From Thainema sp. (GTDB lineage Bacteria; Cyanobacteriota; Cyanobacteriia; Phormidesmidales; Phormidesmidaceae), in the NCBI GenBank assembly GCA_052168235.1, contig JBQLZK010000021.1, positions 1-64,000 on the forward strand: a DNA stretch of 64,000 nt, written 5' to 3'. The position numbers and the translations under genes were made by a program. Each line of letters opens with the position of its first letter. The stretch's first letter is position 1. Below are positions 38,635 to 45,941 of the stretch, piece by piece. The notes under the pieces are model-generated. The model worked only from the letters and a program-made list of their open reading frames with translations, did no database searches and was not told the DNA's origin.

Positions 38635-41433
38635 ATGAACAGATGGATGAGTTGTTTCGAGAAGATACATATCGAAACGATTGCGGGATTATTAGTACCT
38701 ATTGGACTGAGTTTGGTTTGGGGAGTTTCTGTAAGTGCTCAAGTAACGCCTGACGGCACGCTGTCCACCACCGTTTCTCGTACAGGCAGCAGCTTTACCA
38801 TCAACAACGGCAGTCGAGTTGGCAATAATTTATTCCACAGCTTTAGTCAATTTTCTGTGCCAACCAATGGAGCCGCTATCTTTAATAATGCTGCCAATGT
38901 GCAAACTATTTTCAGTCGAGTAACTGGGGGCAGCGCTTCCAATATTGATGGTTTGATTCAGACTAAAGGCAATGCTGACTTGTTTCTGCTCAATCCGTCT
39001 GGCATCCTCTTTGGCCCCAATGCCAGCTTGAATATTGGAGGCTCCTTTGTTGCGAGTACAGCAGACAGCATTCTGTTTGACGATGGGACTCAGTTTAGTG
39101 CAACTAACACGACAGCTTCGCCATTGCTGACGGTGAGTGTTCCAGTGGGATTGCAACTGGGAGCTAATGCAGAGCCAATTCGCGTTGAAGGTATGCCCGC
39201 CAACAATTTCTTCTTTCGGACGCCGACTTTGTCAATGCCATCAAATCAGATGTTGGCACTAATTGGGGGAACAGTCGATATCGACAGTGCCAACATTATT
39301 GTCCCGGATGGGCATGTGGAGCTGTGGGCACTGCAAAATGGCACGGTGGATATCCCAACCACAGGGAACTGGCAGTTATCAAGTTTGTCACCATCGCCCA
39401 CATGGGGCGACGTTACGTTACGACAATCCTCCTATATCAACGCCAGTGGGACAATGGGAGGCGCAATTAATATTCGAGGTCGTAGTTTAACCTTGCAAAA
39501 TGGTTCGCATATAGAATCATCTACATATGGCGTAAATAATCAAGGCCAGGGCATTAACGTTCAGACAACAGAATTTGTGGATGTGCTGGGTGCCTCTCAT
39601 CCCGACAATTATCTCCTCGCAGGTCTCGCGACAAATGTGTCTGGTAGCGGAGCCACTGGCGGGAATATTCAGATTGATACTCAGCGGTTGCGCGTGAACA
39701 CGGGGGCATGGATCTCTTCTATAACCTCCGGTACGAACCTATTCACCAGTCTTCCTGTTACGGACGCCAACACAGGCCAAATTATTATCCATGCTACTGA
39801 TGTAGAGGTACAGGGGTATAATCCAACGCCTAATGCCTTTGGCTATTCCGTCAGTGCGATCGCAACCATGATAACTGGGGGAGAACGGAATAACGGTGGT
39901 GCAATGATCATTGATGCTGACAGGGTAAGGGTGCTAGACGGAGCACGTCTCACCACCGATGTCATTGGTCCGCTGATTGGTCCTCCTACACCGACCATTG
40001 GCAATGCTGGCAGCGTTGTTGTGACTGCAAGAGAAAGTTTAGAGATTCGTGGGACAAACCCCGCACAGTTTCACAGTGGGATCGCTAGCTCAATTCAACT
40101 CTTAGGGGTTGGAGAGGCGGGGGATATTGAGATCACTGCCGGACAACTTTCCCTGTCTAACGGTGGAACCATTACCAGTGGGGTTGCTGGTAATTCCATC
40201 GCTGCCAACGCAGGTCAAGGTGCGGCAGGTAATATTACCATTCGAGCCAATGATGTGCAGGTTAGCGATCCTATATTTGATCCCTTTTCTAGTTCTATCA
40301 GCGGTATCACCGTGTCATTAGGTCAGAACTCTACTGCTCAGGGAGGGAATATCAACCTAACTGCGAATCGTTTGCGAGTCTTTAACGGGGGGCAAATCAC
40401 CTCGTCAAGCGAAGGCGACGGGCCAGCCGGCAGCGTCAACCTCCGCGTCAGAGATATTGATGTGAAAGGGATTTCCTCATCTCAAGTGAATGGTCAGTTT
40501 CTCCCCAGTACCATCACCGCAGCCGCCAACTCTAGCTTTAATGCAGGCTCGGTCAATATCAGAGCTGATCGATTACAGGTGCGCGACGGGGCCGAAGTGA
40601 CCGTTAGCAATTCCGGCACAGGTGATGCGGGCAACCTCAATGTTTGGGCCCGCAATATCTTTTTGGATAACGGCGGCAGCCTGCAAGCTGAAGTCAACGG
40701 TGGTGGGCAAGGTAATATTCGACTCTACGTTGATGACTTACTCGTGCTGCGACACGGCAGTAGTATCACGACCAATGCTCAAGGGGCTTCCACCGGAGGC
40801 AACATCAGCATTGATGCTGGATTTGTAGTAGCAGTCGCTGATGAAAACAGCGATATCATCGCCAATGCGATTGAAGGCAACGGAGGGAACATTGACATCA
40901 ACACTCAGGGCATCTTTGGTCTAGAGTTTCGCGACCAACTGACGCTTGAAAGTGATATCACAGCTAGTTCTCAGTTCGGTGTCAGCGGCACGGTTCAAAT
41001 TAACACCATTAACACCGATCCTAGTTCTGGCGTGATTGAGCTGCCCGAAGATGTAGCAGACCCATCGCAGCAAATTGCCACAGGCTGTACAGAAACGCAA
41101 GGCAGTCAGTTTATCGCCACTGGACGCGGTGGTGTGCCGCAGAATCCGACTCAGCAGGTAAACCGCGATCGCACTTGGGAGGATGTCCGCGATCTCTCTG
41201 CTTATCGACAGTCGGAGAACGCTGAGTCTCCAGCCCCGACGACTGTATCTAATCTGATTGAAACCACAAGCTGGCGTCGCAACGCCAACGGTCAGGTTGA
41301 ACTGATTGCTGAGCAATCAGCTATCCAGCAATCAACTTTTGCCACCTGTAGCAGTCCAGCCATTAGGAGTGGCACATCCCAATCACAGCATAGTTATAGT
41401 GCAGCGACTGAAACAGCCACAATAACTCGCTAA
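38635..41433 (+). CDS. FHA/TPS-domain exoprotein, paralogue 5
   Basis: Same modules; central region most like paralogue 1; ATG 38635. Confidence 0.92.
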   Translation: MNRWMSCFEKIHIETIAGLLVPIGLSLVWGVSVSAQVTPDGTLSTTVSRTGSSFTINNGSRVGNNLFHSFSQFSVPTNGAAIFNNAANVQTIFSRVTGGSASNIDGLIQTKGNADLFLLNPSGILFGPNASLNIGGSFVASTADSILFDDGTQFSATNTTASPLLTVSVPVGLQLGANAEPIRVEGMPANNFFFRTPTLSMPSNQMLALIGGTVDIDSANIIVPDGHVELWALQNGTVDIPTTGNWQLSSLSPSPTWGDVTLRQSSYINASGTMGGAINIRGRSLTLQNGSHIESSTYGVNNQGQGINVQTTEFVDVLGASHPDNYLLAGLATNVSGSGATGGNIQIDTQRLRVNTGAWISSITSGTNLFTSLPVTDANTGQIIIHATDVEVQGYNPTPNAFGYSVSAIATMITGGERNNGGAMIIDADRVRVLDGARLTTDVIGPLIGPPTPTIGNAGSVVVTARESLEIRGTNPAQFHSGIASSIQLLGVGEAGDIEITAGQLSLSNGGTITSGVAGNSIAANAGQGAAGNITIRANDVQVSDPIFDPFSSSISGITVSLGQNSTAQGGNINLTANRLRVFNGGQITSSSEGDGPAGSVNLRVRDIDVKGISSSQVNGQFLPSTITAAANSSFNAGSVNIRADRLQVRDGAEVTVSNSGTGDAGNLNVWARNIFLDNGGSLQAEVNGGGQGNIRLYVDDLLVLRHGSSITTNAQGASTGGNISIDAGFVVAVADENSDIIANAIEGNGGNIDINTQGIFGLEFRDQLTLESDITASSQFGVSGTVQINTINTDPSSGVIELPEDVADPSQQIATGCTETQGSQFIATGRGGVPQNPTQQVNRDRTWEDVRDLSAYRQSENAESPAPTTVSNLIETTSWRRNANGQVELIAEQSAIQQSTFATCSSPAIRSGTSQSQHSYSAATETATITR

Positions 41434-41699
41434 ATGAACTGGTGATTTGAATTCTCTTTGGTTTTTCCATTTTCCATTTTAAAGATGAACAGTTTTATTA
41501 CTGAAGATGGTAATTATTCGTTAATGAGGGGAAATCTAGATCAAGAAATTGATCCTGGAGGCAAATCGATGGAGTGGTGGTTCAGTGATTGCCCAAAGAG
41601 ACAAACAAATTGGCAATGTTTAAAGCCTAATTACATAACTGACCAGTAATCTGTAGCCGATTAACGTGGCTAACTGTCAAACTACCTGCATAAACTCCT

Positions 41700-44282
41700 A
41701 TGATTTTGCGTTTTAAGCGATCGCCGCTCTTTTATCTAATCCTTAGTATTTTAAGCCTGAGTCTGTCCCTTGCTCTGCCAACAGCGCGAGTACTCTCGGC
41801 AACACCCACGACTGCATCATTTAGTATTTCAGCGGTTAGCAATTTATCTGCCAACTCATCCCAATCTTTACTAGAACAAGGCCGTAGCCTTTATCGAGCC
41901 GGGCAATTTGGAGACGCAATTACTATCTGGCAGCAGGCCATTCAGCAGTATCAGAGTCAAGGCGATTCACTCAATCAGGCACTCGGCCTCAGCTATCTCT
42001 CGCTAGCTTATCAGGAGCTTTATCAGTGGGATGCAGCTCAACAGTCAATTGAGCAAAGCTTGGATCTGTTGCAAGCGGCTCAATCAACAGCAGATGCCAT
42101 TTTGTGGGCACAGGCACTCAATACCCAAGCGAGCCTGCAGCTCAACACCGGCCAAGCCGAATTGGCGTTGGAAACCTGGCAGCAAGCGCAAACCTATTAC
42201 GAACAAGCAGGGGATACCAGCGGTAGCTTAGGTAGCCAAATCAACCAGGCACAGGCATTACAGAGCTTGGGCTTCTATCGCCGCTCAAAACAGCAACTCG
42301 AATCGCTGGCTCAGCAACTAGAGGCAATGCCTGATGCAGATATGAAAGTTAGCGGATTGCGATCGCTAGGTTTATCTCTACAAATGATTGGCGATACAGT
42401 CGGCAGTCAGCAGGCATTGGAACAGAGTTTAGCGATCGCACAAGACATTGGTGCAACGGCGCAACTGAGCTCCATCTGGTTGAATTTGGGCAAAACGTCT
42501 GCTGACTTAGGCGATCCCGACAGCGCGCTGTATTGCTTTGATCAGGCCGAGCAGGTCGCCGTGAATCCAGGAGAACAGTTACAGGCTCGATTGGATCGAT
42601 TCAAGCTGTTTCTGGACTATGACCTGCTGGATTTAGCGACACCGGAGGCCGCCACGATCCTTCAGCAGCTTCAGGCACTGCCACCGAATCATCTATCGCT
42701 CTATGCGGCGATCAACTTTACCGCTGCGATTAACCAGATCGAAAATCCGGCTCAAGTTCTGCCGCTGAGCAATTTGTCGCAGTTGATGGCTACGACTATT
42801 CAATCGGCCCAGCAGAGCCAGGATGCTCAAGCAGAAGCCTATGCGCTGTACCAGTTAGGCCAACTTTATAAGCGGACTGAGCAGTGGGCAGACGCAAGAC
42901 AGGTGACGCAGAAATCTCTCGATGTGGCTCGTCAGCTTCGAGCAGACCACATTATTTCTCAGTCAGCTTGGAGCTTGGGCCAAGTGTATCGCCAAGAAGG
43001 AAAGCGGACGGAAGCTATTAGCGCTTATACAGAAGCCGTCAATGCTTTAAAGGCTTTACGAACTGATTTAGCGTCCATTAATTCCGACGTTCAGTTTTCA
43101 TTTCAGGAAAGTGTCGAGCCAGTCTATCGAGAACTAGTTGATTTGCTGCTTGATGGTCAGCCCAGTCAAACAGCTTTGTTAGAAGCCCGTGAATTGATTG
43201 AATCGCTTCAGGTGGCAGAACTAGATGATTTCTTCCACGAAGCCTGTTTAGATGAAACCGAGCGGGTTGAGATTGACCAAGTTGATCCGGCAGCAACCGT
43301 CATTTATCCGATTATTCTGCCAGATCGCTTAGCCGTCATCCTTTCTGCGGCTGGAAAACCGCTGCACTACTATGAAACACCTGTGTCACAGGTAGAAATT
43401 GAGCAAACGTTAGACACGTTGCTAATTGGCCTCAATCCAGTTTCAGATGCCAAAGAACGCGATCGCGCTTCTCAGCAAGTATACAACTGGTTAATTCAAC
43501 CGGCGGAAGCAGAGCAAATTTTGACCGATACAAAAACATTGGTGTTTGTGTTAGATGGCCGCCTGCGTAATATTCCAATGGCGGCTCTATATGATGGCCA
43601 GAACTATTTGATTGAAAAATATGCTGTTGCCCTTTCGCCAGGTTTACAGCTAATGGCTGCTCAGTCCCTCCAACCGAATCAAATTGACGCGATTGTGGGT
43701 GGTATTAGTCAATCCCATGAAGGCTTTAGTGCCTTACCTGCTGTTGAATCCGAAGTGCAAGAAATTTCAGAGATGGTGCCAGCTTCAGTTTTAATGAATC
43801 ACGAATTTACTAGCGCTGCTCTGGCGAATCGCTTTAGAAATACAAATGCTAATGTGATTCACTTAGCGACTCATGGACAGTTTAGTTCTCGGCAAGAAGA
43901 AACCTTTCTCTTAACTTGGGATGGTCGAGTCAGCATTAAAGAACTATCGGAACTTCTAGAGAATCGCGGTAGTAAAGCCTCACAGCCGATTGAATTATTG
44001 GTTCTTAGTGCCTGTGATACTGCTACTGGCGATGATCGGGCCGTACTTGGCTTAGCTGGCTTAGCGGTCAAATCAGGCGCTCGCTCAACGGTGGCTGCGC
44101 TTTGGCCTGTAAAGGATCGAGCTGCTGCTCAACTGATGACTCGTTTTTATGATCAGCTGCAACAGCAAGGTATGACGAAAGCTGAAGCACTACGTCAAGC
44201 TCAAATGTATCTCATTCAGCAAACTGACTTTAAAGATCCTTTCTTTTGGTCTGCCTTTGTTTTAGTGGGTAACTGGTTATAG
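41700..44282 (+). CDS. Exported TPR + CHAT domain (caspase/separase-like, clan CD) protease
   Basis: Signal peptide; TPR helices; LRNIPMAALYDG, IHLATHGQFS (His), LVLSACDTA (Cys), ALWPVKD, PFFWSAFVLVGNWL. Confidence 0.93.
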   Translation: MILRFKRSPLFYLILSILSLSLSLALPTARVLSATPTTASFSISAVSNLSANSSQSLLEQGRSLYRAGQFGDAITIWQQAIQQYQSQGDSLNQALGLSYLSLAYQELYQWDAAQQSIEQSLDLLQAAQSTADAILWAQALNTQASLQLNTGQAELALETWQQAQTYYEQAGDTSGSLGSQINQAQALQSLGFYRRSKQQLESLAQQLEAMPDADMKVSGLRSLGLSLQMIGDTVGSQQALEQSLAIAQDIGATAQLSSIWLNLGKTSADLGDPDSALYCFDQAEQVAVNPGEQLQARLDRFKLFLDYDLLDLATPEAATILQQLQALPPNHLSLYAAINFTAAINQIENPAQVLPLSNLSQLMATTIQSAQQSQDAQAEAYALYQLGQLYKRTEQWADARQVTQKSLDVARQLRADHIISQSAWSLGQVYRQEGKRTEAISAYTEAVNALKALRTDLASINSDVQFSFQESVEPVYRELVDLLLDGQPSQTALLEARELIESLQVAELDDFFHEACLDETERVEIDQVDPAATVIYPIILPDRLAVILSAAGKPLHYYETPVSQVEIEQTLDTLLIGLNPVSDAKERDRASQQVYNWLIQPAEAEQILTDTKTLVFVLDGRLRNIPMAALYDGQNYLIEKYAVALSPGLQLMAAQSLQPNQIDAIVGGISQSHEGFSALPAVESEVQEISEMVPASVLMNHEFTSAALANRFRNTNANVIHLATHGQFSSRQEETFLLTWDGRVSIKELSELLENRGSKASQPIELLVLSACDTATGDDRAVLGLAGLAVKSGARSTVAALWPVKDRAAAQLMTRFYDQLQQQGMTKAEALRQAQMYLIQQTDFKDPFFWSAFVLVGNWL

Positions 44283-44737
44283 CATACAAAAGCCACAATG
44301 CAAGTTTAGATTCCTAATCAAATAGGAGCGATGAATCCGTGCTGAAATAGTTGCGATCGCAACAGGGACAAATTTGCCTAAACTCGATCAATAAATTTAG
44401 TTGATCAAGTTTAGATTGGACAAATTCCTGTTTACTTAAAAAACATTGTTGTCGTTCGTTGATTTAGATCTCGTAAAAATACTCAGATTTGCGTAGTTTC
44501 TCTATGGTTCCGATGTGCGTAGTTGTCTATGTTACAAGTGTGTTCTCTGTTAATGATGTATCCGACAGCAAATCGTTGTTCTTAATCACTAATTTCAACC
44601 AATTTTGATTAGGAAATAATGAGGAACTACCTGTTCGGAAAGGTTTTAGCGTGATGGATGTAGAGCCATTTTTATCATCTGCTCTATTTGTAATCGCTAG
44701 AGTTTTGTCCACATTAACCTTATCCAGGTATCACGTC

Positions 44738-45724
44738 ATGAAACGTCAACATCTGGCGAGTATGTTGAGCATTGTTGCTCTAATCGCGGGTGGTGTTTGT
44801 ACCAGTGCTCAAGCTGTGACATTTACACCCCCGACCACCAATCGGGCTCCAAGTCAAGCGACTGGCGGAGCATCGCGCGGGAGTTTCTTTATCCCTCCAG
44901 CTGACCAGGGTGCTCCGAATCAAGCCACGGGTGGAGCCTCTCGTGGAGGCTTGTTTGTGCCTGCTGATGGTCAGCGGGCTCCTCGACAGGCAATGGGCGG
45001 AGCGTCACGCGGTGGTCTATTTACACCTGCCGATGGCCAACGGGCTCCCCAGCATGCGGCTGGTGGAGCATCGCGCGGCGATCTGTTCACGCCTGCTGAT
45101 AGTCAGCGGGCTCCCCAACAGGCTGCTGGTGGGGCATCGCGTGTCGGCACCTACTATTTGAATCCATCAATGGTAGGGGCAGACGGCCCAGCCGCGATGA
45201 TTGCGCTGACGCCTCAAAGCTACTACGGCACGACGGTGTCTGAGCGTCCCATGTTTCTGGTGTATCTGCCTGCATCCAATGCGGCGGAAGCCGTTTTTAG
45301 TCTGAAGGACGCAGCGGGCAATCTGCAATACCAGATGACGGTTCCGGTTGCCGGAGCTGTTGGTGTTGTGCCAATTCAATTGCCAGAAGATGCACCTGCC
45401 CTAGAAATTGGGGAAGACTATCAGTGGTTAGTTGCACTCAAGGTCGATGGGCAGTTGGGGCCAAGCACGCCCTATGTCGATGGCTGGATTCAGCGGATTC
45501 AACCAAATGACGAGCTGGCAACGGCTCTGCAAGAGGGAGATGCCCTAGAACAGGCAACGGCTCTGGGTCAAGACGGTGTGTGGTATGACTGCGTGGCAAT
45601 TCTTGCTTCGCTTTATGCCACAGAGGCAGCGGATACGACCTTAACCCATCAGTGGGCAGAACTACTGTCCTCAGTTGGATTAGAAGCAATTGAAACAGCT
45701 CCCGTTTTAGCTTCTGTTCAATAG
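44738..45724 (+). CDS. Exported DUF928 protein with five 22-aa GGASRG repeats
   Basis: Signal peptide; G.TVSERPMFLVYLP, LEIGEDYQW, GWIQRI, GVWYD, WAELLSSVGL; ATG 44738. Confidence 0.88.
   Translation: MKRQHLASMLSIVALIAGGVCTSAQAVTFTPPTTNRAPSQATGGASRGSFFIPPADQGAPNQATGGASRGGLFVPADGQRAPRQAMGGASRGGLFTPADGQRAPQHAAGGASRGDLFTPADSQRAPQQAAGGASRVGTYYLNPSMVGADGPAAMIALTPQSYYGTTVSERPMFLVYLPASNAAEAVFSLKDAAGNLQYQMTVPVAGAVGVVPIQLPEDAPALEIGEDYQWLVALKVDGQLGPSTPYVDGWIQRIQPNDELATALQEGDALEQATALGQDGVWYDCVAILASLYATEAADTTLTHQWAELLSSVGLEAIETAPVLASVQ
44822..45142 (+). repeat. Five in-frame 66-bp coding tandem repeats
   Basis: Unit FxPxxxxxAPxQAxGGASRG; nucleotide divergence mostly at third codon positions. Confidence 0.9.
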
Positions 45725-45733
45725 ATTGGCTTA

Positions 45734-45834
45734 CTCACATCTTGCACCTTGCATTTTAAGAAACCGAACAGGTTATTTTGCCGTCGCATCACGGCGGCAA
45801 AATAACCCTTCTGGGTTCTGGTGCAAGATGTGCG
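45734..45834. mobile_element. 101-bp MITE-like element with 15-bp terminal inverted repeats and an internal hairpin
   Basis: CTCACATCTTGCACC ... GGTGCAAGATGTGCG (14/15); inner GGTTATTTTGCCGTCG CATCA CGGCGGCAAAATAACC; flanks CTTA/CTCA. Confidence 0.7.
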
Positions 45835-45941
45835 CTCAGTAATGTCTAACGTCCAGTAGAAGTTGGTGAGTTATCCTTGCCAACTTCTTGGCCTAGCCCA
45901 ACCCATATTCAATCAGCTCGCGATCGCTGTCTAGCAAAATT

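Noticed and set aside
29832..41316. Recurrent antisense ORFs (MLSNQFNLT...) in several paralogues
   Set aside because: They recur only because the sense-strand tail is duplicated; lengths vary and there is no independent coding signal
27516..41433. CDI (CdiA toxin/immunity) locus
   Set aside because: C-termini are conserved rather than variable, there is no VENN/ELYN-type motif, no immunity ORFs fit the ~100-bp spacers, and the proteins are under 950 aa
27516..41433. Diversity-generating retroelement or shufflon
   Set aside because: No reverse transcriptase or recombinase, differences are not adenine-specific, and all copies are full genes in direct orientation
41458..41649. 63-aa ORF as an immunity gene or sixth paralogue remnant
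   Set aside because: TTG start, no recognisable motif or similarity to the paralogues; cannot be supported, though not excluded
44822..45142. 66-bp periodic repeats as a CRISPR array
   Set aside because: In-frame coding repeats with codon-level variation, no repeat/unique-spacer pattern and no cas genes
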